Assembly: GCA_964187785.1 (NCBI GenBank)
Contig: CAXLNC010001375.1
Coordinates: 1 to 64,000 of the forward strand
DNA: 64,000 nt
Direction: 5' to 3'
From: Amphiscolops sp. MND2022
Taxonomy: Eukaryota
A program made the translations under genes and the position numbers. This document shows positions 13,712 to 27,210 of the stretch, in pieces. The notes under the pieces are model-generated. The model ran no database searches and was not told where the DNA came from. It saw only the letters and a list, made by a program, of their open reading frames with translations. Each line of letters begins with the position of its first letter. The stretch's first letter is position 1.

Positions 13712-15480
13712 TATGGAATTAATTATTCTCCTAAAATTAAAGTGTAATATCAGAATGCTTACAGAGAAAAATCGTTTCCAAAATTGATCAAATTCTGCAT
13801 TGGAGTATATTCCAGCATCTTGGGATGTAAAAGTAAGAGGTCTAATTGTGGTTTTAATTTGAGAAGGTGTAAACATAAAGGATGATTTTCGTTCATTGGA
13901 TTCGTGGCGAAGTGTGTAAAAGTCGTGAACGTCTGAATCACGATCAAGTTCAAAGATATTTCTCGAATTATTACCACATGTTGTAGGTGAGGAATAATCA
14001 AACGTTTGTTCTGTAAAAGAGTCAACATTTATACCAGTATTTTCAACGTGTATAAGTATGCGATCGAACCAACGATCAGCTTTGTATGAAGCTGAACGAA
14101 ATCGTGGGCAATCATAGAGACATGAGTTGGAACCTTCGACACAAAGGAAATTACTTCACTTTTCTGTTAAACAAAATCCAGCAAGTTGGGGATTTCGTAC
14201 CAGCATGGCAAGTATTGTAGTTAGTTGACACATTTTGAAGGGCATTTAATTCTTTTGTTGTCATTGAGCGAAGAACATTGATAAGGGTGTAATTTGTTAT
14301 TCATTTATAGTTTTTAAATGTGCGTCATAGTCACTTGTAGCAAAGTTGTTTGAAACATTTAATGCAGGACAAAATATATTTGTTGTTTGTGCTGTCTGAC
14401 ACAAACTCCCCTGAGATGCCTCCTTTAATTATAAATTGAGGATTTGATATCCAGGATGCGTGTTAATACCTTTGAAGTATGTTACAAAAAGGTCAAAACA
14501 TTTTGTTGACTTTAGAATTTCTGGTTTACCACAAAAAGTCTGAGCATGCAAAAACACTTCAAAATGTGAAAGACCGGATTTGTGTAGATTTTGTGTGTGG
14601 AGAGCATGTACATGAGTTCTTTTAATACGTGAAGTAGTGTCAGATTTTTCGGGATAAAGAGTGTACAAATGAAGCAGTTTCAATCCAATTACGTTCTTCA
14701 ATTTTTGTCATTCGTCCAACGAAATGTTGTAAAGTAAGAATGAGACAAAAGTCATCACTAAACCAAACAACGGTATATGATGTCGTGGTTGTTGGTTAAC
14801 AGAAATTATGAGAAAAGTACCATGGGAGTGCGTGCCCATCAAAATTTATAACATTTTTGGTATCAACGTATAAAGTTTCGATTTCGGAAGTCTCCAACTC
14901 ATTAATTTAACTTGAAATTGATGGTAAGCTGAACAGATATGAATATTATTTTTGATGGATCATGAAGCCGTTTTTTATTTGAAGGCGTAAAGGTAAACGT
15001 ACCAGTGTATATTTTGTTAAACTGATGAACAAAAACTGTAGTTTGAACTTGCTCCAATTTTTCTTGGAAGTAATGGATCTTCTAAAGAAGTAAAAGTTTT
15101 ATCATAATGTAAATTGTTGAAAATAATATTTTCTGGGTGGCATTGTGTTATGGTTCCAAATATTTTTAGGGTGGCATTGTGTTATGGTTCCAAAAAACTC
15201 TATCAACACGTCTATATTTAACAGAGCCTTGAGAACAAACCTTTTGTTCTTTTTGGCATTAGCTTCACATTTAAAAGTCCTTACACGTTCAGTTTTTGCT
15301 CCGACAAAGTTTTGAGTGTTAACATTTGCATGCTGTTCTTGGGAAGGAGCTTCATTGTTTAACATTTAGGAGATTAACTTTTTGTATGTTATGTTGTTTT
15401 CCACAATCATAATGGGGAACCATAAGTCTCAAAATATTGAGGTCATCATATAAAAGATAAATATCTCATTTTGTTAGCTC
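13350..15480 (-). pseudogene. env: Copy A env (class III fusogen-like), decayed and internally deleted
   Basis: SHYDCGKQHN, TFKCEANAKK, QTFCGKPE, QDAGIYSNAEFDQFW and a C-terminal hydrophobic segment (FGYPCY.LTKFGI.FS), all matching copy D/C env. Confidence 0.85.
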
Positions 15481-16299
15481 AGTAAGTATTGAGAACGTGA
15501 GAAACAGTATTAGGGAATAAAGTAACCTATGTTTTATTGAAAACAAAGTTTGCGTATTAAAAGAGACTAGTATATTTGAGGCCTTAAAATGGGTTATGAA
15601 AGACAATTTTGCAATCAGTCAAATCAGGAATTTGAGGATTGCGGTTGCGGAGTTGTTTGAAAAAGGAGCAGAAACTTTTTTTATGTTCAAACTTGGCGAC
15701 TTGAAAGACTAGGCGACAGTTTAAACGATGAGTTCAACTTTTTTTCGAATTTGAAATCTAGATTTGTGTTGTGAATTCTTTTAGGTTCGTTTGTTTTTCG
15801 TTTATTAGAAAGTGTATCGTTCTAATTGATAAAGCGTTCTGTATGAATAGGACAACGAGTATCTGTTTGAGGGTTTTGTTGATTTGTTTGAAAGGTGATT
15901 TGTCATTTAAAGAAGGATCAGAAGAATTGTAATTTGTTGGAGAAGAAGGTCATAATTCAGAAAATAATTGAAGATCTTCTTGTGAAGATGTGTCATCAGA
16001 GAAAGTACCATCAAACTTGAAACGGGTTGAGTGGCTAATTGCATTCTTTATTTGTTGTGGGTGTCAACAACTGAACGACTCTCAGAAGCGCATGAAATTG
16101 CTATCGATTTTATATTGTCCATTTCAAAGCAGTTCATGTTGGTCGGAAAAACGAACATGTGAAACGTTTCGTTTCAGGACAAAAATTCCAAGAGGAAGAT
16201 GGAAGATGTTTTCCTTCATGTCAAGTTTTTGTTGTATAGGCTTGAGAGTTAATTTTTTGAAGTGTATAGTCGTAGTGTATAGTCGAGTGTATAGTCGTG

Positions 16300-17330
16300 G
16301 ACATGACAGTTCCTACTGCAAGAAATAGTTGTGGAATAGATTTAGAAATTGTGCGACAAAAGAATGATTTGAGGTAATTTTTGTCATTTTGTGAGTTCTT
16401 TGATACTTGAGAACAATCTTTTCTTGTGAGGTACATAATTTTGTTGCGTTTCGAATAAGATTGAGATCGAAGGTGAGTGTAATCCGAGGATAAGTGTGAA
16501 AAACAAATTCCTTAGGAGAAACATTCAATGCATAAAGAGGTTGTGCAATGTGTGCATACGCATACATTTGGACTTGACGTTCCCAATCTTTTGGAGTTTT
16601 TTTAAGAAACCAATGTGTACCAAAGTTTTTGCTTTGAAAATCAACGACGCCATTTGTCCATAATAAACAGGGGTTCTCGGAGAGTGGCGTATACCCATTA
16701 GAGTACAAAGTTGTGCTATATCGGCCTTAATGTATTCTGATCCACGATCAGTGAGGAAATATGAAAGTGAACCGAATTTGATATTCCAATGATTGAGGAG
16801 AATCGTAACAGCAGTTTTAGCGTTCTTAGATCTGATAGGAACGTTGACAACAAAGTGAGTAAATGCATCTACTATGACATGGATGTATCATTTGTTCTGA
16901 GAAGAAAGATTTATAGGCCCTTCGTTTCACTTGAAATTTTGTATTTAAAAAAAGACCGTGTTTTGGAGAATATTGTACAGGAGCTGTTTGCAGTGTGACA
17001 TTGGAGTGTCTGCTACGTTGACATTCGAGACAATTGTATATAAAAGTAAATGACAATTTTTCGAGGAAAGGAAAGTAATAATTTTGTGGAAAGGTAAGGT
17101 AAGTAATTTTAAAGCCTGTATGTCAATAATCGTATAATTTGTTAAAAGCGGTCTTGAAAAAACGAAAGGGGAGACAGATTTTATTGTACCTGGGAATGAT
17201 GTTGGGATATATAATTCGTTGTGTTTCATATGAAAACTTTGATTTTGTGGTGGGCATGTAAAATTAGGGTACCAGTGATTAAGGGTGTTAAAGATGCAGG
17301 TTTAGTGTTTTCAGAAAGCCAGGGGTATAC
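16300..17330 (-). pseudogene. pol: Copy A integrase
   Basis: H..GH/NCLEC zinc finger, SDRG core, WTNGVV, QVQMYAYAH, PRIPLTFDLN. Confidence 0.85.
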
Positions 17331-17749
17331 TTTTTTTAAGAACAGGATCTTGTGACTGTTGTTGTATAATAGTTTGGAGGTCTTATGACTGTTCATCAGG
17401 TTTAAAAAAAAACAAAAATTGTCAAATATATTTAAATAAAACAATGATTTTTGTAATTGAAAAACGATAAGTCAAAAATGTGAACTTTGAGTCTGAGAGG
17501 TCCTTGGACGTCGATAGCAGATAATATAGTTAGATAATGTAACTGTTTTTGGGTTTGTGACTGTCAAAAAATCTGTGCCAGAGAAATAAAATCATTAGGA
17601 TTAGGATGAGAATCGTGCTTTTGATGCGGTAATACTTCTCCATGTAACAAGTAATTAGGTAATATACAAGTTTCAGAGTGTTGTTTTGTAATATAGCAAA
17701 GTCAATTTGTGATGGATGTTGTTTCTGTTTAAAGTTGTTAATCTGTAAT

Positions 17750-18800
17750 TCACTTTTAGTGACAGTGCGATTAAGCATGTCTGCAACACAATAATTTTCT
17801 CCAGGTGTTTGAATAGAATAATTTTGAGTTTTGATAATTTTGTTTGTTGCATTTGTGCACAATAAAGTCGTGGACCTAGAAAGCCTTCCTTTGTAAAACA
17901 ATGAAAGCAGTTTTATGATCATCAAAAATTGAACTGGATGCGGTGATTCCCGTAATTAGAAAGTCATTGATCTGAAGTACATGTACTATGCCACGAGATT
18001 TATTTTCTTCATTGGATTGGAAAAGGGCAGAACCTAACCAATTAGTGAGGTATCAACTGTAAAAAAATCCTGGATGTGTTGTATTTTGTTTTGTAAAATC
18101 TTTATCAAAAGTAAGGAAACAACAAAAAGGAACAATTTTTATTAGTTGAAAAGTGATTTCACGATCAGAGGTCCAGTTCCATGGAGTGTTTTCATGTACG
18201 AGGTCAAAAAATGAGTTTGAGATTCACATGCAACTTTTCAGTACACTAAGTGCAGAAATTGAATGCACCTTTGAAACTCAGGGTAATTTTTCCAGTGAGC
18301 GAGGGAAATTTGTTTAAAACGTCTATTTTTGTATGGGTTTTATTATGTTAAAACCAACTTCATTTCCTAGAAAATCACCTTCAGTAAGTTGGAACATAGG
18401 TTCTTCAGAGATAGCAGAAGTAAAGTATCATCAACGTAGACGAGAGCAAAGCCTTATTCGAATTTTTTAAAGAGGAATGACAATTGCTTTGTGAAATAAT
18501 TGGGACTCTGTTAGTTTTGTAGTTTCTCCGTGGAAAAATCTATGTGCATAGGCGTACATGATATCTATGGCACATATTTATTTGTTGTTTGAGCGTGCTA
18601 GCTGAGGAGCTAGAGATTCAATCGACGAAGATTTGTCTGATTGATTTCTTTTAGTGTTAGGATGTCTGGCATCTAATTCACGATTAATAGAGTCTCCTTC
18701 AGGTATGATAATAAGACAATGTAAATGAGTAGTTCATGTGGAGAAAAATCAGTTTTTCAATGATTTTATTTTTTTCCAGTTCTTTAAGAAGGATAATCAT
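17750..18800 (-). pseudogene. pol: Copy A RT (partial) and RNase H
   Basis: PNYFTKQ, YVDD at ~18435, NYCVADMLNR, QIDFAIL; the capsid-to-RT segment is largely deleted. Confidence 0.8.
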
Positions 18801-19979
18801 GTTTGTTATGGTTTTCTGTAATATGTGGGTATATTGAGTAAAAACAACTTGATAGTGTTAACGCATCTGCCCTTTAAGTAGGGTGGTACATTTGCTTCCA
18901 CTTGATAGGATCTTTTGAAGTTTGTGGTTGGACTGTATTTTTTCCTGTATCAGAATCTCTAAAATCTTTTTGTTCACTCACAGATTGTGATCATATTGAA
19001 AACGTAACACGTGCCTCAATTTGTTGTCGATATTCTTTAGGTGTATTTTTATGATCTAAAGCATCGAAAAGTTTATTGGTTTCTGAAAAGGAAGCGGATG
19101 AGGTTTTGTGTTGGTTTTGATACAGTAGGGAAATGTAGTTTAGAAGAGGACATTTTCTGAAACGCTAAGTGAATATGAGAATTAGTCGTTATAATGGTCA
19201 AAAGAATTTGTGGTATTTGAAAATGAGTATTTTGTAGTGTAGTTTTTTACTATTATCAAAATGATGAGAGGTAGAGAATGAATTGATAAGTAAGGTATTT
19301 TTATGGATATTTTTGTTGGAGGTTGAACTGGTTGTTGTATACTTTTCACGTTAGCACTTGTAAAGCTATTTGTAGGTGGATTATTTAACACTGTTGGCGG
19401 TGGAGGCCTTGAAAGAGTTCTGGATGTAGTGTGATTTGATAGTGGGTTTGTATGAATGGTTTTAATAATGGAAACAGTTTGTTGGTTACTATTAAAACAA
19501 ATTTTGAGCAGGAGTATATGTTAGTGTATGAGCTGTTGGTTGTCTTGTTGAAGTTGTTGTTTGAAATTGAGTTTCAGTTGGGTCTTGTATTCTATTTGAT
19601 ATGAATGCACTGCAAGAACCTTGTTGAGGAAACTTCCGAGGAGTATTGTGTGTAGGATAATCAGAGGGGGTGGATGTGAATCATACGTTTGAGAAGACAT
19701 CTGCTGACTTGGAGGTTGCTGTTGTACTCCTTTGTTGTTCAATGTTAAAAACGTAGTTGAATCATTTTGATAGATATTATAACTTTCATTTTCGTTATAT
19801 GACTGACAAGGACGTTATATGTATTTCAGTTTGCAGTGACTGTTATACTAGGTGTATCAGTAGTACTTTCATCTAAAACGCTTGATACCTTATCTAATTT
19901 TTTGTTTTAGTTTGATTGTTATTGTTTCATCTAATAAACATGTTATTTTTGAAGAGTGGCTTCATCTTGATCTCTCGGT

Positions 19980-20900
19980 GATATACTGAGGTTATAGTCA
20001 GAATATGGTGAATATGGTGTTTCTGGAATAATATTAAAAGACGTATAGGGTCCACTATCAAATGTTTCAGCTTGTTCTACAATAATAAAAATTGTCTAAT
20101 GTGATACGTTCAAAAAAGGTATGTGAAATGTTGTAGGATCTCTGTGAAGCGAATGTTCCTATTCTTTTTTCATAATCAAAGGTAAAAGTTCAGTAGTTGT
20201 AAGAGCTTGGGGAAAGTTAACATAGGCAGATTGGTCTTGCCATACCAAAAGTAATTGATAATTAATTCTTAAAATTATCATAAGTAAGTGAGAGAAACCT
20301 TTGATTTGTGGCATGGCATCTTCAATAAGTATAATGTTTTGAAAGAGTGTGTATTGAATTGTGTTTTTTTTGTAAAACAACTTGTTGTACCCAGTATTGA
20401 ATGTTTCAACGTCAACTGATCTTTCTTTCAAGGTTTGGTACTTCACAATAATTATATTTTTCCTTAAAGGATAGTTTCTGAGGCTGTTGCGCTTAGTGAA
20501 TATGTTAAGAATATGAATATTTTATCATACTTCTCAAGTTTCTGATGGTGCCCGAAATCTAACATGATAGCGTTAAACGTGTCGACCTTCTTCCAGACCG
20601 GCTAGAAAAAAGTGGTTTTTACTAGTAAAAGAGAAATCAATGATGAAAACGGTGTACAAAGTTGTTTCCCCAATTGCAATGTTGGGTCCGTCCATGTGGA
20701 TACGGGATTACTGTTCAAAATTAATTTGCAAACATTAATTCTTATCTTGCTAACATTGTAGAGCACCTTAAGAAAAGATCGTTTTGTGGAGGCGGTAATC
20801 TTGTCATTATTGATTTCAAGTGACATTTTGGAATCCATAGTATGGAATATGGCTGCCTTTAGGCTGCTAGCAGTCAGAGAATTCGTAAGTATTGTTTCAG
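19980..20900 (-). pseudogene. Copy A Gag N-terminal domain (ORF1 homolog)
   Basis: ORF 20159..20446 (FQNIIL...RINYQLLLVWQDQSAY..F...TTTELLPLI) aligns with copy D 52905..53681 (FKNITL...RFNYQLLWSLQDQPAF..F...TADECLPFI). Confidence 0.7.
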
Positions 20901-21099
20901 GTGCCGGAGGAGCCATTGCCAGGTTGTTGCGAGAATGGAAGACGAGAAGTCAGAGGCAAATCCCACTGAAACGAGGTGGCTGATGTAGAAGCAGACTGTG
21001 CTTAGGCATACTGGGTAAAATCTTGATAGAATGAAGTTGTAGTTGTGGGATTAAGCCAAGGAGGTAAATGAGGGGCCGGAAGGAGAGAAGTTTCTAAAA

Positions 21100-23088
21100 C
21101 AAACGAAGACTGACTTATGGATATTTTGTGGCGCTATTTTGACTTGTATCATAAATACGTTAGTAAACTTCAAGTGCTACAAGTTGTTTATATTAGAGTT
21201 CCAACTTTTGATGTTCAAATATGATTTAGTAAAAGAGAAAAAGGTTTGACAATACCACAAATGTAAAAAAATTGTAAGTGTACTATACTTAAGAAACATT
21301 TCGAAATTGTTATATGTACTACGGGCACAGAAATTAAAAAGACCATTTAAAACTGTGTTACCTGTGTAGTTGTAATATTAAAGAATCAGAGCAAAAAGGA
21401 GTGTTCATAGAGTCTAAAGCGGATTTTATTGGGTGTGAAGATTGTGCTATTCTTTGGGAATCTAACTCAACTGATTGAAGGGGTTTTGCACTACGATCAT
21501 AGCAGTCATGGATTTGAGTAAGTCCTGTGAGAAGGGTATCAGAAGGGTTTCATTTGGCTCAAATTTTTGTGTTATGTCACGAAGAGTGCAACGATTTATC
21601 ATGACAGACAGTTCGTCAGATGTAGAGAAGTTCTAGAGGTTGCTCTATTGCGTTCAAAGTGAGTAGATTTGAGTTCTGTGTTTTGTTCAGATTTAACAAT
21701 GAACGAAATGAGTTTTGCAGAAAAAAAGAAGAGTTCGTCATAAGAGTATTAGTCAGTGCTGTGTAATAAGAGGTGTCTTTGTCGTCGAGAGGCGAAGAGA
21801 CAAGATGTTTAAAAACTGCTAAATGTTTGACTGTTTGTGTGGGAATTTTGCAGGGCAATGTGGAAGGAAAAGTGTATTTGTAGATTGCAAAAACATAGTT
21901 CTGTGGCTTTTTGTACTGTAGAAATTTAGTATAAAATTGATAATGCAAGGATTTTGTGAAAAATAAAGAAATGAAGGGCCATCTTCATTCGTTTTCAACA
22001 CGTTGATAGACGGGCGAAGAAAGTTAAATTGAAGCGAAAAGATTTTTACGCCGTGTCAAGCCAGTATTGGTATGAAGGCATTATTTTGGAGGCCATGAAT
22101 GTGCAAAAATCTTGATTTATACTGTGAATATAAAGTCGGTAGGGTGCATGTACAGAGAAGTTAGTTGTAATCTAAAAACGAATCTATCATGAGAAAGGGA
22201 TGGTATCAAATGATCATCTCCATTCCTAGACAGTGATGGTTTTGAAGGTAACATCGAGGTGAATGTATAGGCGAAAAAAACGCAGGATCTTTCATATTTT
22301 TGTATTCTTTCACATTCTTTTTCGGCGGTGGAGGTGTTTCAGAAGATGTATAATTATTAGTCGTTTCAGTAGGTGTGCACGTTTGGAGATAAATTATGAT
22401 GTTCGATTTGTAAAAAAATTGTAAGTGTACTATACTTAAGAAACCTTTCGAAATTGTTATCTGTATTACGGGCACAAAATGTAAAAAGACGACAAGAAAA
22501 CCAGGAGTGTTTACTTTTTTAAAAAAAAGAGAGAGACAAGATGTTTAAAAACTGCTAAATTTTTGACTGTTCGTGTGGGAATGTTGCAGGGCAACAAAAA
22601 ATCGTCATGAAGTATGAGACACTCTTGAGATACAGTAGGTGGACGAGATGTGACATTTTGAGGAAGAAGACAAAAAATACTGTTTGATGGTATCAGAGTT
22701 ACGTAGGTATCCCGTAGGTTTGTAGTGGTCAAGTGTACATAGATTTGTCAATGTGAAAGGAAATGAGTCTTTGTAGTTTGCAAAAAGATAGTTCTGTGGC
22801 TTCTTGTACTGGAGAAATTTATATTTTCTTTCATATTTTTGTATTCTTTCATATTGTTTTTCGACGGTGGAGGTGTTTCAGGAGATGTATAATTATTAGT
22901 TGTTTCAGGAGGTGCGCGCTCATTTGGAGATAATTATGATGGTCAATTTGTTCAGAATTAGTAGTAGGTTGATCTTGGTCACTTGCTTCAAAGAAGCGAA
23001 CCGGAGAAATATTAAATAGAGGTTGAGTTAAGAAATCGGTAGTGTTTTTTTGAGGTTGGTTTTGAAGATCGATTTGTTTTTGTGTCAT
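21100..23088 (-). pseudogene. Copy B ORF-X remnant with internal partial duplications
   Basis: MTQKQIDLQNQ..QPLFNIS (23088), YQYWLDT (~22060), LPC(N/K)IPT..VK.LAVFKHLVS twice (~22560 and ~21820). Confidence 0.65.
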
Positions 23089-23749
23089 ATTGAAGACAAT
23101 AATACTATAAAATTACAGTAGCGAGTGGCTTTATCAGAGGTTTTTGGTGGAGGTGTTAAAATTCGAACTTTACTGGTTGGAGTATTTGGTCGATGAATGT
23201 GGATTTCAATTAGTGGACTTATTGCGAGAGAGGAAGGAGCTCAATTTTAATAATTTTGCATTAGGAGAACAGTCTGCGCAAGCGAAGTGAAAAGTCACAA
23301 TGACTTGGTTTAAAAGAATGGCGGATTAGAGGGGTTAATTTGTTTTGCAATACACTTTGACAGGAGTGGTATATAAAGAAAAATCATGTGAGTTTGGATT
23401 AACAGTTGTATAACGAGATTATGTAGAATTTCGTAATGGTGAAGTATTGCTGATGGCGTTGTTATTTTTAGTTTGTTGATTAAAGGACTTTTTTTGTTTT
23501 GGTAAGAACCTAAGGCGTGTCATATTTGGAATTCGTTTTGGTATAGAAAAGTGCGTGTTACATAGTTCCAGAAGGTAAAGCAGACGAATGTGTTGGATCG
23601 TGTGAATTATCAGAAGATTCACCTAATGGGTGTTCATTTAAAGTTGACAGGGGAAATTTTTGAGATTTTTTAATGGGCGGAAATGGTTTTTGAGTATGAG
23701 CACCATTAAGGTTATTAGGCGTTTCAGATGTAAGAATATTGAAAACCAT

Positions 23750-26113
23750 GTGCGATAGAAATAATGATAGTAATATTCTGTAAAAACATTTTTTCAAGAA
23801 ACTGTTTTCTATAAAGTTTGATACGAAGTGTCAAGATCGTATGTATGAAGAAAAGAATGTTGAAAATTAAATTCCACAAGGTGTGAGGATGTAACACGAA
23901 TATCCAAATAATGAAATAAAAGCAGCAAAGAACAATGTCGGTGTAAAATGGGAGTTAAATTAGGACGTTTAATATGCAGTCCAATACGTAATGTAATATG
24001 AGGATTATGATTATCGTCGATAGAAAAAGTATCATTAATTGGGGTATTAGAAGAAATAAAATATTAGCTGAGAGTTTTTCCTAGGCGTTGTAATGTAGTA
24101 TCAGAATGTTTTGAAAAAAATTTCCTTCCCAAAACTTATCAAGTTCGGCATTAGAATATATACCAGCATCTTGAGCTGTGAATGTATTAGGTCGTTTTGT
24201 AGTTTTAATTTGGGATGGTGTAAACATAAGTGATGGTTTTTGTTTTATTGGCTCAGGTCTAAGAATGTAAACGTCTTGGTCCACCGAATCGGGATCGAGT
24301 TCAAAAATGTTTCGTGGAATATTATCACATGTTTTAGGCGTGGCTTAATCATAAGTACGTCTTGAGATCAACGTACAAAAAAGTATCTTTGAAATGTATT
24401 GGAATACGATCGAAACAACAATCAGCTTCGTTTCAACGGTGAAAGTGAATGGGAGAAGCATAAAGCCATGCAGTGGAACATTTACCTTAAAGGAAATTAC
24501 TTCGGTTTCCTGTTAGAAAGAATCCAGCAAATTGAGGATTCTGTATTGACATTGCATGTATTCTAAGTAACTGCTTTCTTTCTAATTCATATACAGAATT
24601 AGGAGAGTTTACTTCTGGTACTGTGATGGAGCGAGAAACATCTGTTTAATATATTTTTGTTATCTGTTTAATATATTTTTGTATAAAATATGCAACAGAG
24701 TTACTCATAGCATTGTCAATCGAAACATTGAGTGCGGGGAAAACATCTTTAATATTGTTCTTGAACTATTTTTCCTAAGTTTTTTCATTGATTGCACAGT
24801 GAGAGTTTGGTTGTCATGTATGCATGTCAAAACCATTAGTGTATGTAATATAAAACCTGAATATTGTGTTGCATAAAAAGGTTCTGGTTTGTGACAAAAT
24901 GTGTGAGCATATGGAAAGACTTCGAAACGTGAAAGACTAGCATTGTGTGGGTTTTGTGCAAGTGGAGCATGAACATATGGGCAAGAGGTTTCTTTAGTAA
25001 CACTTGTGGTGTCATATTTGTTGGGAATGAGAGAGTGTACGAAAGTATCTGAACTCGAAAATGAGACAAAAGTAATCATTAAACCAAATTAAAGTATAGG
25101 GTTATTTTGTGGTCGGTTTGCAGAAACTATCAGCAAAGTAACAAGGTAATGTAAGACCATCAATAACCATAACGTTTTCAGTGTCATCATATGTAAGTTC
25201 TATTTCGGCAACTGAAAATCGCCAACTGACTATGTTAGGTTCAAATTGGTGTTCAGCTGGGCAGTTATGGAGAGGGGTTCGTTTTGGATCATCAAGCAAA
25301 GTTTTATCTGCAGGCATCAATGTAAAAGTACCAGTGTACATTTCGTTAAACTGATAGACAGTAAAAAAAAGATTGAAATTGTTCTAGTTTTTCTTGAAAC
25401 TAATGAACTTCGGCAAAAGTGATAAAATTGTTATAATTTCGGTTGTTCAATCTTTTATTATTAGTACCATTGAGATGTCTAATTAGGTTTTTATAATCCA
25501 GAGGATCAAGATTATCAAAAAGTGGCATTGTGTTATGCTTCCAAACAGTTCTATCAACGCGTCTATACTTAAGAGAGCCTTGAAAACAAATTTTTCTTTT
25601 TTTCTTGGCATATGCTTCACATTTGAAAACTTTACCAAATTTTGCTTCTGCGCAAAAATAGACCAGTGCTTTAACATTAGCGTGTTGTATATTAGATAGA
25701 GCTTCAGTGCATTGAGTCACATTCAAGTTAAAATGACGAAAGTTATCTTGTTTTTCACAGTCATAATGGGAATCCTTGAGGTTTGTAATATTTGGGTCAT
25801 CAGACGGAAGAAAATTAACTGTATCAGTTAGTTCAATAGGAATAGTGTAATATGTAAAAGCAGGAACTAGAGTATAATATTTGCTACGTAAAGAAGTTTT
25901 TTCGTAATGAAAGGTTGTAGTATATTTAGGTCCTGAATAGGGATTGTAAAATACCATTTTGCCATAAGCCAAATCAAGAAGTTGAGGATCACGATTGAAA
26001 TCTATACACGTGGCTTCAAATGGATCTGGAGTTGTCGTGTGTTCCATTTTAGCGACGTGAAATATCGGATGAGGGTTTAGGCCTTGGAAACTTATCTTTA
26101 ATTCACACTTCAA
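23750..26113 (-). pseudogene. env: Copy B env with N-terminal leader in frame
   Basis: ORF 25400..26113 reads LNPHP...FYNPYSG...hydrophobic stretch...SHYDCEKQ...FKCEA; further ORFs give TLPCYFADSFCKPTT, TFCHKPEP, QDAGIYSNAELDKFW. Confidence 0.88.
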
Positions 26114-26923
26114 TTCTCAATTAGTGTTTTGTAGTATTATAAGTTCTGTTTCATTTCTTGTGTTTGGTAAAGAATCGTTAGTTGCAATGAAATTTTCTGT
26201 AAGAATAGATGATCGTCTTTTGGGTAGTAGATACTTACAACGTCAACACGTATATGATAGACTGCAAGTTTAGGAGTAGAACGTTAGGAATATTCAGTTG
26301 TAAAACATTCATGTTGTCCCACGTGTGCAGGAACCGGAGTAAGAATAAGAACTTCAGAAAAGAGATTTCCTGAAAGATATGCAGTTTTTACGTCAGACGA
26401 ATGTAATGAAGCGGTGTTGACACTTGATCTAAAATATGCTTGTTGAACAAGGTCCGAAGAATGTGTATCGGAGGATAGTGGTTGAGCATGTTGCGTTGCG
26501 AGACGTAATGTTACTCGAAAGAGTGGAAAAATTGGGTGTTGAAGTGTCAGTACTAAGTCTTTGTGAAGTAATGAAAAGTGAACTGGTAGAGTGTTGAGAT
26601 CGTCGAAGATATTCTGAAGATTTGTTTAAAAAAATTGGATAGTGAAGTGGATTGTTTTCGAATAGGTTTGAGAGGTGGCTAGGTTTTTGAAGTATTAGAA
26701 GAGTTCTTCTCTGAAGGTAGGTGTAATGAGGGAAGCGGAGAGTATTCCGTACCAGGCATATCTACAATATTTAGTTGAGGTTGAAGACGACCTAAATTTA
26801 TAGCAGTGGGTTGTTTGTGGTTTACAAATCTTGAAACAGTTTCTGGATTGGTATGTGTACCAAAGGAGTATGAATTGGTGACATCACGATACGTTTGCCG
26901 CAAAAGTGGATTTTTTCATCAAG

Positions 26924-27210
26924 TGTACGATGTATTTTCCTTAAAAGGAGAGCGAACCGTATTCTAGTCAATTAATGCAATCAAACAAAGCAGTCTTCGC
27001 GAATTGTGATTCACAGTTGATCAGAATTTCGGTACACATCGTCAGGAAAATTAACACCAAACGATGCTTGACACAAACTACGTGTAACGTCAAATCACGG
27101 AGTGTAACAAGCAAAACTCGTAACGCGTATCTGGAATCAGAACGCGTTTTTCTTGGCTGTTAATCGAACTAGCAAGATCTTGCTAGTTCGTTGCGGAATA
27201 TGTATCGTAA
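26924..27210. mobile_element. ~290 bp solo-LTR- or MITE-like insertion in copy B
   Basis: CpG-rich island in G-poor context; imperfect inverted ends (TGTACGAT...ATCGTAA); hairpin 27122-27148 and perfect 26 bp palindrome 27165-27190. No TSD found. Confidence 0.4.

Larger units (their letters stand above)
8880..21050 (-). mobile_element. Env-bearing retroelement copy A (decayed, internal deletions, no LTR seen)
   Basis: In sense order: Gag N-terminal domain (~20900-19980), low-complexity gag, RT fragment, RH, IN, env, 3' orphan ORF; A/C-rich sense strand like copy D. Confidence 0.85.
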
